Shown here: positions 52,357 to 64,000 of the stretch, piece by piece | Layout: each line of letters opens with the position of its first letter | Numbering within the stretch: position 1 is the stretch's first letter | Origin: Ruditapes philippinarum | Lineage: Eukaryota | Assembly: GCF_026571515.1 (NCBI RefSeq) | Contig: NW_026862393.1 | Location: 124,001-188,000, forward strand | Length of the DNA: 64,000 nt | Direction: 5' to 3' | Notes under the pieces: model-generated | Database searches by the model: none | Seen by the model: the letters and a program-made list of their open reading frames with translations, nothing else | Told to the model about the DNA's origin: nothing | Translations under genes and position numbers: made by a program

Positions 52357-52561
52357 ATACACAATATTAATTTAACTCACATGCCTGCTTGTTTATCATA
52401 TGATGAGGTACCTCAAAGTCATGTAACCACAAGAAAATTATAACAGAGCCATATGTTTGGACCATTGGTAATATAAAGTTTAGCGTATCTCTATCTATAC
52501 AAATCGTTTAATAATATTTTGTTATGAATATTGATTACTAAGCAGTATGCATAATTTACAC

Positions 52562-52678
52562 ATGCACGGAAGGGCACCTGAGGTCTTCCTCCACCAGTAA
52601 AGCTGGAACGTCGCGATATGAACTATACTGTGTCGATGTGACGTAAAACCCAAAACAAAACAAACAAAAAAAAAAATA
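52562..52678 (+). mobile_element. 3' fragment of SINE family A
   Basis: Matches 4859-4970. Perfect 11-bp TSD ATAATTTACAC (52551-52561 and 52679-52689). Confidence 0.92.
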
Positions 52679-54120
52679 ATAATTTACACGCGTTTTTAAG
52701 AAGTAAAATAATAAAAGTTCATCTCCAAACGACAAGATATATCTTATTTAAGATTTCATTGGTTATAAAAAGTTTGTAGAACGGAACCTATTCGGCGTGC
52801 GAAACATAATCGTTAATTTTCAAGTATTTTCTTCGTGCTTAACATTTTCACAAAACTTTCGTATTTGCTGGAACAAATTTAATCTATTTTATCTTGTTTA
52901 TATTGTTCCAATGTTAAAAATTATATCTATCTCTGCTGTTTTAGAACTGCAAGCAAGTTGTTGCCTGAAAATAATAAAATGCTATATTTAGACTAATAAT
53001 TAGATTTAATATTCATCTGTCAAATATAGATACGTTGGCTATGTCTGGAGGTATTAATTGACATCCATTGATAAACCGAAATTACTTTTGATACAAAGTT
53101 GCAAAATATGCCAGTTGAAGAAAATGATATGTATCTAGTATTATGGTATGCAATTTAACATATATACAGGCATCATTCATTATAGTAAATTTGCAGGTCG
53201 CATTATATCCAGTACTATATTTTCATTCATAATTGAGGTAACGTAAATATTACTGCTGGTGTAAATGAACGAAATGTAAAATATATTAAACATTCAGGAA
53301 ATATGCATTGTCGAAAAAAGATTTGTTTCCAAAGGAAGTATGTGTGTGTGTGATACGTAATATAACTACAGTAATACTTTATACGTTTCTATTTATCATT
53401 AACAGGGAATTAAGAAAACAAAATCCAGAATACAATTGTCAGATTTAAACTATGACAAATCTATCATATTATAAGTACATGTACAATTTTTATAAGATTA
53501 ACTTTCGCCAACTGTCTTATCTTTAACACCTGCGAAGCTATCTAGGGGAACAACACAATTCGCTTTGATGTTGAATTGAATGATTCTATGGCCACATTTT
53601 GCATGAAGCGAGTAGCTTTTATCATATGCCATATAGCTGTGATAAATGTGCCTGTATCACGATATAATATGTTAGATATGGTCTGCAATACGTTCACCTA
53701 GCGTGCCAACTGCGATTTACCATTCAAATAACCGATTCAATTCTGAATGTCATGATAATTGTGTAATAAATTACTCCCGTCATCTTAGATTAATCAACTG
53801 CTGTATTATTATTTTTTTACAATACGCGCAACATTTATTTGTTATGCTACGGCTAAAAATAAATAAGATTTTTATTTTTAAAATAATTTCAATTCTCTTT
53901 TACATGTCCTATGACAGAGTGTTATATAGAATTGGAAACTATAAAGTTAAATGAGATTTCTCCGTAAAATACATTTTTGGTAAATAATCTACTTCGCTTT
54001 AACATTTTAAAACTTAAATATTCTAATGTAATCTTGTTTATATAATGGATATTATTCCTGCGAGATAACTGTTAACTCTGACTTTGATTGATAGAAATCA
54101 ATATAAATTGTATTTTTGAC

Positions 54121-54189
54121 ATGCGCAGGCTGGTTAGGATCCATGCTGGTCGCAAACCCATTATGTTGGTTTTGTCGTGACACGGCTCA
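54121..54189. mobile_element. Solo right TIR of the MITE family at 50080
   Basis: ATGCGCAGGCTGGTTAGGATCCATGCTGGTCGCAAACCCATTATGTTGGTTTTGTCGTGACACGGCTCA. Confidence 0.8.
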
Positions 54190-56825
54190 ATTGTGTTTAC
54201 ATGAAATAGTTATCTAGAACATATTTGTTAGTAACAATATTGTCGTTTTTTCCAAATACATCTCTGACATGCCGACACGATAACACTCATTTTACACCCA
54301 GATAAATCAGTCAAAAGTATACCATTACAAAAACAAACAAAAAGTTTAAATGAATTGCAGTATAGCCCATAAATATCTTTGAATTACATACAATAAGCAC
54401 CTTGAATACAATAAATAACTTACTAAAAATATAACAATACATGTAATAAATTTATTTAGTTTCAGTATAGCGTAATGTTGTTGCTTGATATACACACATC
54501 TTCCTGTATACATACAAAAAAATATACAAAAAAATAAGTTGTTTTCATTTGGGGGTCATGACCTTTTGATACGGTATGTGGTAAGTAATGTTCAAACAAG
54601 ATGAAAAATGTTTCCGTCAAGATGAACAATTTCTCTATTTACAAGGATTATTTCACACTTAAAGCAATATAAAGAAACTTTCAGCGATAGCATTAACTGA
54701 GGTTGCATCAAACAACTTTTATATCATTATTAAACGAAAAACCAGCAAACTAGTCCACAAAAAGCTTTTCTATGAGGAATACTAGATTTCGGACCTCTAC
54801 AAGTTACAAAATCATTGTTTGTTTGTTTGTTTCATTTTACGCCTTTTCCCACGTATTATATTTCGATATGCTAGTATAATATTCAAAACATCAAAGGTAG
54901 TTTTTCACTCTTCATTGCTCGTAAATCTCAATTATACTTTGGGACTTTGGGGAGGCAATGAAGGTAGTACCCCCATGAACGAGCTCAAACCTATATTTTA
55001 AGTGTTGCACGATGTTTTTTTCTCTATTTTCAGTCACCTAAACCATATTTAAAGTCTCAGCGTGTACAAACATTACTTTTTGTTTACGTGATTTTAAAAA
55101 CAAAAGTTTTTAAGAAACTGCAAACATTATCTTTTGTTTTGCTTGAATTTGAAATGATACTCATTTGTTAGAGAGCTAAGCAATCTTTTGACTTTGGCCA
55201 TTTGTTTAGTGACAGTGATATTGTGACTTGTGTTTTGAAGAGGAAAATACCACTTTCTCTACATTTTGCTTTCTTTAACGCCGATTTCCTTAGTTGGTAC
55301 ATATGTTACATGGTCTAAAACCATTATTAAAACACAGGTGCAGTAAAATAACTTTTGAGGTATGATGTATTTTGATTTAATTAATGAGCTAGAAATTACT
55401 GCATGTGTATTGAATTTCTCTAGAAATATGATATTCTATCCAAGATGTTATTAAACTGAATAATTATCGGAAACGAGGAACATAATATATGAACCATCGT
55501 TAAGATGGGCGTTTATTTGTTTTTGTAATCCTGTTTTTACCAATAATAAACTTGTCAAGGATTATCATCAACTCATCCTTGAAATTCATTATAAAAATCT
55601 ATCAGCCCTTTAAGATATATAAACATGCTATATTTAAAACGGAACAGAGCTGAAATGAAACATGATAGAATATAAGAAATAAAATATTACAATATTTCCG
55701 TTGCCCAATAAACAGTCCTATTTTAAAAAATGCGTTTAAGTGACAACTGTAGAAGAAACTCTTTTATAAATAATATTTCACACATTATATATCATATCTA
55801 TCACAGTGAGACATTACATCAACTAATACAATACACAATATTGATATAGACCTTGATACCTGCCATTTAATTCTTGTTGAATTCGATCTACTAATTATAA
55901 TTTACAACATTACACCCTTTGGGACAAACGTTAATTCCATACGCATCAACCGAGAAATAATCAAAGTCTGAAAATTCAAGATTGAATTGATTTGTTTATA
56001 AATATGTTACAGAGAGTGATAAAACAGTTTTTTATATTTATGATTCTTCAAACTTTACTTATAGTCGATGCATAATATAAATTTTCATTAAACCCGTCAG
56101 AGCAACAATTCAAATACAAAATTGAAAGAAATGCTTCATTAACTGTAGCAGACATTTCCCCACAGATAACTGCAAATGATTAATATGTTTTAAATATAAA
56201 CCAGCAGTCATCATTAGGGTCATGACCTCCGAAAGAAAACCTGTTTTGAGAAGGTGGATAATCATTTTTCAATATTTCCATGATCAATTCGGAACAAGAA
56301 AAAATCATACATACTGATTTAATAAAATAAATATGCAGATGTATCGTACAGTTTATGTGTACATAAAAACATAGTTGTGTAACTAAACTTCATAATAAAA
56401 TTATTCTTAAATTTGCATGATTTTAAAACTCGTGAATTTCTTAGCAAAAACCAAGTGAGCAACATTAATTGGAATTTTTGTCCCTATCAGATATTTTCTG
56501 TGCTCTCTTCTTTGTTGTCAATCCGTAAAGAAATTCATGATAATTGTAAGATATTCGGAACACTGGCCAATTCTCCAATGTACGCAGAACCATAACAACT
56601 GTTAGAATTTCACTTTGCGGGGATTCATTTTATTTACACTGTCTCGTTAATAGGAACATGGTAGGACTAAGAGCGAGGTTTGGTGCACCATTACCCGGTT
56701 TAAACTCCCCAGCAGTATTTCTCGTCTACGGAAAGTATCATTCCTTTTGCCCCTAGTTTTTATTTCCTATATTTACTCCCCCCCCCCCTTCCCCTGTGTC
56801 CTTTGATTTTATGGGACATAAAGTC

Positions 56826-56970
56826 ACATATATTTTCTACAGACCGACATATCTAGGTAAAACAGATATTGGTCAACATGAGATCACGTTAACTAAAGAC
56901 ACTGCTTTTAAGGATGCTTATCGTAGGATTCCTCCTGGTATGATTGTCCGACAAAATCTAAAGTAGATGC
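56826..56970 (+). pseudogene. Ty3/Gypsy pol relic, piece 1 (region preceding RT)
   Basis: Translates as LGKTDIGQHEITLTKDTAFKDAYRRIPPGMIVRQNLK*M, matching the Gypsy DLG...H.I.L....PFK..YRRIPP motif. Confidence 0.8.
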
Positions 56971-58451
56971 AATTTATTAGTCGCCGGTAAAAACCGGCGA
57001 CTTTATTTGTAACAGTTTAATATTATACCTTAAAATCTGTAAATAAAAGCATATCAATTATTGAACAATTAAAGACTACAATTGTTTTCAGTAATCTCAA
57101 AAATTCAAACATACAATAACGCTGCTCAATGAAATGAAATATTCAAATATTGACATCTTAAAAAGCAACATTACAATTTTTATAAAATGAAATTAATGAT
57201 GTATCCCTATGGATAAGTCATTGAGTTTAGGAAGACTTTTACTTATTTTAAAGTGTCAAGCGTTGCTATTTTATGATAAATAAATCATACATGATATTTG
57301 AAATGACACTTTAAATTATCTGGTTGTTTATATCTTTTGAGATCTAATCTATTTTATTATTTTATTTAGTTATAAACTATTTCTCCCTGTTTCTTTGTAA
57401 GACTCACGTGACTACACGTTGTATGTTATTGTTATAAAATCTATTAATAGTAACAAATGGCTGATAAGACAGACATACATGTAACTTGTGAATGGTTGGC
57501 ACAAGGTATAGAAGCTGATAAAGTGAAAATCAACGTAATTTTGTATGAATAATAACAAAATCTTGGTATGACGGTAGGGGGCTGGAATCGTATTGGATAC
57601 ACATATAAAACTAATAAACTATCTTTGTGTTGATAGTTTATCGCACTGAAAGGCAATTAAATGTTAACTATATGATCGTATGTAACGACTTCAACATTTT
57701 TTTTCGATAGCGCATAAGAATAATTTGTTTTATGTTACAGTAGAATTGCATTGTTTTATGCAATAATTAAGCATATATATTTTCAAAGTCACTTTGCAAA
57801 TATTCGATGATCGCTAATTATTTGTCGGTAAAGTAAACCGTATGGTACAACAGTATTTAAATTAGAATTAAATAGAAATAACAAGCATATCACTTGCTTT
57901 ACAAGCCTCGGTGACAAGGTGTTAGATTTTCATTTTGTTTCAAATTGAAGAATGTAGGGTCGATAACGTGACTTTTTTATGTTTTCTTCTATGATATTTT
58001 TTTGTGTTTTGCAAAACTTGATAATTTATTAAAATTATGAAATAAAAAAGTGCTAGAAATGAAACACACGATTTATCAACTTATGTGTCATATAGTAAAG
58101 ATATAATAAATATCAATTTATGAAAACTACAAACAGGATTTGTCCAAGATTCGAACTAGGTTACAACTTCGTCATACTTACCACTAGGCCATCGAACAGT
58201 ATTAATTGATATATACATGTAATTATACTTACAATAATATCGTTAACATTAATCATAATAAGTTACGAAAACTAACGAAACACCTCCCCAAAATTAATGA
58301 GTCTCGGGTAAATATTGCCAAACAAAACTTCCCTATTTAATATTGATAACAGTTTCTTGACAAAATTGCTAAGCAAGTTTACTTCAAATATGATGTTTAT
58401 TATAACATAGCATAAATTTATTGCATAAAAACTCTTTAACAAAGTTTATAG
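56971..58451 (+). mobile_element. Insertion into the Gypsy relic with a HINE-like 5' hairpin and a tRNA-like cassette
   Basis: Begins TTTATTAGTCGCCGGT-AAAA-ACCGGCGACT. The minus strand at 58140-58195 has A-box TGGCCTAGTGG and B-box GTTCGAATC. I did not find a matching 3' subTIR. Confidence 0.55.
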
Positions 58452-58963
58452 CAGGAAAGATATGGTCGTCTTAGATTATGACTTCCGTAAGTTAAACAAT
58501 AGGACTACAATAGATGCTTATATGTTGCCTAGAGTAGATGATACAATAAACATGTTAATTGGATCTAGGAAGTGGTTACTAGTAGGTGAAAATTCAAGAA
58601 GAAAACAAATTTAAATCTGTTTTTACTGTATGAAATCTTGGTTTTATGAATGCAATAGGATAGTGGTTGGTTTAACCAATGCACCGACAATATTTCAACG
58701 TTTAATGGAGCGATGTATTGGTGATTCAAATTTAAATGTCTCGAATTTTTAGATGATATTCTTATATCTTCTGAAACTTTTGATAAATACGTCAGTAGGC
58801 TTGAAGCAGTTTTCTCTAGGTTAAATGAACATGGGTTAAAACTTAAACATGGTAAGTGTGAACTATTTAAAATCAGTGTAAGTAATCTTGGACATATTGT
58901 TAGTCAAGATGGTATTTCTACAGACACTGAGGAGATAAAGGCTTTGATCACTTGGTTTGCTCC
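58452..58963 (+). pseudogene. Ty3/Gypsy reverse transcriptase relic, piece 2
   Basis: With frameshifts and stops: DFRKLNNRTTIDAYMLPRVDD, SGY**V, GLTNAPTIFQRLM, FLDDIL (YxDD box), LKLKHGKC, LGHIVSQDGISTD, WFAP. Confidence 0.95.
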
Positions 58964-61059
58964 TGTCGCGAACATCGCGATGATTTATTATATGAATGTT
59001 AATAATTTATTAAATGTTTCGTTTTTTTTCTTGTATTAAAGTTAATAATATAATGAATTTGTTCTTTTTCATATACAACTGTGTAGTTTACATTAATTTG
59101 ATAAACATTTTATACCGTTCTTATTGTAACGTGCAAACACCGCCGGTAAACGTCTATTGTTACATCAAAGGTGTTTTACACCGTTGGTCATGTATTTTAC
59201 GTGTCTTTCATATATTTGGCGGGAAAAAAGATTGTATAATAAAGGTTCATAGTATATATAATATTTAGTTACTTTATGTATTACGAACCTTTCGGACTTA
59301 TGGAAATTGGAACTTAAAATTGGACTTAAAATGTGATTCTTGGATTATTAACATGAAAAATAGACAAGAGGGCCATGATGGCCCTGAGGTCGCTCACCTG
59401 TATATAGCCCACCCTCCCCCCGGGCCAATTTTTACCCAAGGGCTTTTATTTGTTTATTTGAACAGACTTGGTAGACACCCATAAGAAGATGTTTCATGCT
59501 AAACATCTAAGTTCTAGCTCATTGAGTTTTTTAAAAGAAGATTTTTTAAGTTTTTACTATACACATATAGTTAAAAATAATGACACCCCTGGGGCAGGGC
59601 CAGTTTTCAGCCCCGGACTTTTATTTGAACAAACTTTGTAGATATTTACTTAAAGATGTTATATGCTTAATATCTAAACTCTAGCTATTTGGGTTTTTTC
59701 AAAGAAGATTTTTAAGTTTTTGCTATACATATATAAGGAAAATCAATGACCCCCGGGGCGGGCCAGTTTTGACCCCAGGGCTTTTATTTAAACATACTTG
59801 GTAGACACCCATTAGAACATGTTTCATGCTAAATATCTTAGCTCTAGCTCTTTGGGTTCTTTAAAAGTAGATTTTTTAAGTTTTTACTATATGCATATAG
59901 GGAAAATCAATGACCCCCTGGGGCGGGGCCAATTTTGATCCCAGGGCTTTTATTTGAACAAACTTGGTAGACATTCATTAGAAGATGTTTCATGCTTAAT
60001 ATCTAAGCTCTAGCTCTTACGGTTCTTTAAAAGAAGATTTTTTAAGTTTTTACTATATGCATATAGGGAAAATCAATGACCCCCCGGGGCGGGGCTAATT
60101 TTGACCCCAGGGCTTTTATTTGAACAAACTTGGTAGACACTCACTAGAAGATGTTTCATGCTAAATATCTTAGCTCTAGCTCTTTGGGTTCTGTAAAAGA
60201 AGATTTTTTAAGTTTTTACTATATGCATATAGGGAAAATCTATGACCCCCTGGGGCAGGGCCAATTTTGACCCCAGGGCTTTTATTTGAACAAACTTGGT
60301 AGACATTCACTAGAAGATGTTTCATGCCAAATATCTAAGCTCTAGCTGTTACAGTTCTTTAAAAGAAGATTTTTTAAGTTTTTACTATATATATATATGC
60401 ATATAGGGAAAATCAATGACCCCCCGGGACGGGGCCAATTTTGACCCCAGGGCTTTTATTTGAACAAACTTAGTAGACACTCACTAGAAGATGTTTCAGG
60501 CCAAATATCTTAGCTCTAGCTCTTTGGGTTCTTTAAAAGTAGATTTTTTAAGTTTTTACTATATGCATATAGGGAAAATCAAAGACCCCCTGGGGCGGGG
60601 CCAATTTTGAGCCCAGGGCTTTTATTTGAACAAACTTGGTAGACACTCATCAGAAGATGTTTCATGCCAAATATCTAAGCTCTAGCTCTTTGGGTTGTTT
60701 AAAAGAAGATATTTAAAGATTTTTCTTTCGGTTGCCATGGCAACCAGAGTTCTGCATGGAATTAAATTCTTTGAACAATTTTTAAAGGTGACCACCAAAG
60801 GAACATTCCTGTGAAGTTTGGATGAAATTGGCTCAGCGGTTTATGAGGAGATGTCATTTAAAGCAAAAGTTTACGGACGGACAGACGAACGGACGGGCGC
60901 CGGACGAAAAGCGATCACAAAAGCTCACCCTGTCACAAAGTGACAGGTGAGCTAAAAAAATGGATATTGAAAGTAGTCAGTCATTTCTTGTTATTTCTTT
61001 TATATAACTATTTCTAGTGTATCATTTGAAAGCTTAAAATTAAAACTTCGCTACTGTTT
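58964..61059. mobile_element. Unidentified insertion of about 0.5 kb splitting RT from RNase H, itself interrupted by a HINE
   Basis: The pol frame ...WFAP resumes as PKNVEELRSFLG at 61060. The insert starts (T)GTCGCGAACATCGCGA and ends AAAACTTCGCTACTGTTTC. I see no clear TSD. Confidence 0.7.
59364..60955 (-). mobile_element. Intact-looking HINE/DINE-like element with about 8 x 166-bp core repeats
   Basis: 3' stem-loop AGGGCCA-TGA-TGGCCCT and subTIR GCTCACCTG (59392-59400) / CAGGTGAGC (60944-60952). 5' hairpin AGCTCACCCTGTCAC-AAA-GTGACAGGTGAGCT and a (GGAC)n-type microsatellite at about 60873-60905. Core units start at about 59581, 59747, 59911, 60077, 60243, 60417 and 60583. Confidence 0.93.
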
Positions 61060-61445
61060 CCCAAAAATGTCGAGGAACTACGTTCTTTCTTAGGAAATTC
61101 TTGAGAGATAATTCCAAGCTGGCTATGCCTTTAAATGATTTATCATTAGGTATTTCTATCAATACAAGTACGAAAAGTACTCCAAAACAGTTGTCAAATA
61201 AATGGTTTTATGTAGACTTACAACAGAAGGCATTTGAAACATTAAAAGAGTACCTTTCATCTCCTCTAATTTTGGCCTATGCAGATTAAAACTTGCCATT
61301 TCATTTGAATGTTGATGCCTCAGGTCTAGGCTTAGAAGCAGTTTTGTACCAGAAGCACGATGGCAAAGACCGTGTCATTGCCTATGCCAGTAGAGGTTTG
61401 AGAGGTGGTGAGAAGGATTATCCTGCTCATAACTTGGTATTTCTG
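61060..61445 (+). pseudogene. Ty3/Gypsy RT-connection / RNase H relic, piece 3
   Basis: PKNVEELRSFLG...QQKAFETLKEYLSSPLILAYAD*NLPFHLNVDASGLGLEAVLYQKHDGKDRVIAYASRGLRGGEKDYPAHNLVFL. Confidence 0.95.
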
Positions 61446-62771
61446 ATATATTCGATGTAACCTAAAGGTAATGGATATATATTCTGAATTCTCTTTGCTT
61501 AGCATAGATTCATTATATTATACTCTCTAAAGTAAAGGCACAGTAACCAAAAATAGAAAATATTATTAAAGTTGACAATTATACACCAAAATAATCCTAC
61601 TATAATATATTGAACAATTATAACAACTAGAATATACTACAAAGCTTGATCTAATAAATTGCTAAATAAAATGAACTGACCAAACATGCAAGACAAAATA
61701 ATATATAGTATTTGTAGATAATGTTAAAATAATCCATGTTCTCTTTTTAGAATAAAGATGGTTATTTATCTTAAAGATCAGACGGGATATATTATGGTGA
61801 TAAAAAATTGAAGAAAAACCGAACACGAATTGTAAATTATTGGTACTTTATTACTCTGTTGTAAATATTTCAACTTCTCTTTTAGTCACAGCAAAATTTC
61901 TTCATTCACAAGTTTTATCTTTTTTAATCAGTTGGTTCATCTGCAAGCATGAAGCTTAAAAGAGAAAATTTCAGCGCTATATCCATATATATCATTTTCT
62001 ACCATTTAACGCATAAATGACTTACTTATTTTACGTTTTATTTATTTATTTTTGTTTAGGTTTGTTTCTATTTATTCATTTTGTAGCGATGCCATTTAAG
62101 TCGAATGTATTTACGACGACACTCCATCACGATGACATAATAGGCAACACCATTACCTTCAATATCATCTTTGGTAGCATCTTATTTGTTTTATATTAAT
62201 AAATTCATATCACATAATCCACAATCTAAATAATAGCCTGTTAGTATACTTGGTTATATTCAGAGTAGCCAAACACTTTGAAATTGAAACTATTACAGGC
62301 TTTGATTGAGTCAGTCCATGGACCACGGAAAAAAAGAATCTATTTAGTTTACAATAATTATTCAGTATCTAGAGAATTTGTTTCCTCAACAACATCTACC
62401 AAATCTATGTCTTTCGGTACGGCTGCAGACGGTGTTATTATTTCGAAGACTTATGTTACGTCAATTTATGCAGTTACATCACATTGAATGGAGAGAAACC
62501 TCTGTATATGTCTAAGTGATTGTTGAAAATTATAATATTTCTCTGAAATATTCCCAGTGTACACTATCAATCAAACAATACAGACTGGGAAAATCCATTT
62601 GATGCTCCTTAGGTTAAGGTGTTAGCTAAATATAATTGTTATTATGTTAACTTAATACCAACTAGTAACCAACTATGTCGAAGAGCTGTGGAAAACATGA
62701 AAATATACTTAATGATTTAATATTCGATACTTAGGTGTTTACCTCGGCCGCGTGTGAAACACAGTATGTCG

Positions 62772-62850
62772 GTTTGTTTAGTTTTACGGCGCACCAACAT
62801 GCGGAAACATAAAGATGATTTTGGTAAGCCTCGGGTGTAACAAACTTAAC
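62772..62850 (-). mobile_element. 3' tail remnant of SINE family B
   Basis: GTTTAGTTTTACGGCGCACCAACA...ATGATTTTGGTAAGCCTCGGGTGT is the reverse complement of the tail at 51138-51220. Confidence 0.7.
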
Positions 62851-63205
62851 AAAATCACTTCACTAAAGCTGCTGTAAACCAGCTTTGGAAATTAATATAT
62901 TAACGATCCGGTGTTGTTATCTTTTCAGTGCGTTTGAAAAATTATTGTTTTCTTGTCTTAAAAAGATATTTGATTTTAACGTCTCTCCTCAGGTATTTCT
63001 TTATATCTGTTGTATTGCTTTTTACAGGTATATATGATAACTGGTCAATCTTAACTTGATTTTTGAGTCAGAAGTTGAGTCAAATTAAATATTAAGATAT
63101 TGACTTTAAAATTTTATATTGACCGTGTTCATAAGAAGATGCAAAACCCAAATACGTCTGTAATATTTTCGATTCTTAAAGATATTTTAGTTTGTCATAA
63201 TTACT

Positions 63206-63347
63206 TTTAAGCTCGACTTTACGAAGTTCACGGATATTGGAAGTATCTGGAGACCTGTCTTATTCTCCCCGGCGTCCGCGTCGTCATCCTAAATTTAGAT
63301 TGAAGTTTTGGTGCAGTAAATTATTTTTTTACTATAACTTTGATATT
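63206..63347 (+). mobile_element. 5' fragment of the HINE family seen at 28489-29676
   Basis: TTTAAGCTCGACTTTACGAAG...CCCCGGCGTCCGCGTC...AAGTTTTGGTGCAGTAAA...ACTATAACTTTG matches the reverse complement of 29550-29678. Confidence 0.8.
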
Positions 63348-64000
63348 GCCCATCACAAATTAAAGGAACTCCATTGACGTCCAAAAGCCTAAAGACTTAA
63401 ATATTGAATTTCTTACAATAATAATCTTGGGCTCGAACATTCATTGTCGGTCCCGTCATGCCGAAATACATTGGTAGAGTCCCTTTAATATTGGATTTCC
63501 CCCTCATTTTATCATTTATATTTTCATTGAATTTCTTTGTTGAAAGAAAATTTATTTTTCCTCAAAGAATGGTTCTACCGGTTATTTAATAAGTAAAAGG
63601 TTTTATAAATGTTCTATTATAATTGTTTTTATTAATCCACCTTCTCTCTTTCCATTACATCAGTATTTTAAATTATTCAGAGATATAAGAATTGACCGGC
63701 CTCGGACTTTCATGGTCGATTTGCATTGCAATCTACTCATTATTTGAAGAGTTATTCCCCTTTGTCAGCATTTTTTTCTGTGAAATTATTGGTTTCCACA
63801 AACCACAGGTCAAATTTGATAATCTCTGCAATCAGCTATTTGCAACCTTGAATTAATTGGTTTATTTGAATTTAACCGATATCAAGCCATTATATTCCAT
63901 TATCTTCTATTTCTAATATGTTGCCTTGCTACAAAAAATTTATACTGTATTTTAACACTCATAATCTGAGCCATTTACAACATTTCTTAAGACATCTTTT

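Larger units (their letters stand above)
50429..52545 (+). repeat. About 1-kb direct tandem duplication (50429-51405 / 51407-52545)
   Basis: The distal 750 bp or so are nearly identical, while the proximal 220 bp or so differ by many single-base indels. Copy 2 has an extra 170 bp or so (51633-51800). Confidence 0.9.

Noticed and set aside
56659-56720. Penelope-like terminal-repeat fragment / hammerhead ribozyme
   Set aside because: Only about 60 bp of resemblance from recall. I found no CTGANGA...GAAA core with flanking helices here or at the other CTGATGA sites I noticed (about 19054, 24019, 44878).
934-62487. The short ORFs of the supplied track as host genes
   Set aside because: They are 60-130 aa with the low-complexity F/I/L/K/Y bias expected from AT-rich DNA. 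Paralogous ORFs in the triplicated units do not keep frame or length. Only 31596-31889 and 61101-61289 have recognisable motifs, and both are TE-derived.
62090-62620. Minus-strand fragments (GFSPFNVM, FRGPW) suggesting a Gypsy integrase C-terminus
   Set aside because: The matches are too short, lie on the opposite strand to the adjacent pol relic, and no DDE or HHCC motif is visible.

Overview
AT-rich, repeat-dense eukaryotic DNA. The repeat repertoire suggests a marine invertebrate, most likely a bivalve mollusc (inference). I cannot support any intact host protein-coding gene. Almost all ORFs in the supplied track look like chance frames. The only recognisable coding relics are a 5'-truncated I/Nimb-type LINE ORF2 C-terminus (31475-31984, minus strand) and a decayed Ty3/Gypsy pol (RT plus RNase H) split into three pieces by nested insertions (56826-61445). 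About 11.1-47.7 kb is a head-to-tail triplication of a roughly 9.5 kb non-coding unit. Each copy carries private insertions, so the sister copies supply empty sites. The window also holds several Helentron-type non-autonomous elements (HINE/DINE-like), two of them with 160-166 bp satellite-like core arrays. There are two SINE families whose 3' tails match the LINE tail, a 46 bp minisatellite, MITE/foldback arms and long palindromes. Two stretches look like poorly polished long-read sequence. The best candidate for something undescribed is a HINE-architecture element (12101-13561) whose cargo is a pair of tRNA-derived Pol III cassettes rather than a satellite. A second element at 56971-58451 shows the same combination. 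All alignments and translations were done by eye; boundaries are approximate unless a TSD or empty site is quoted.
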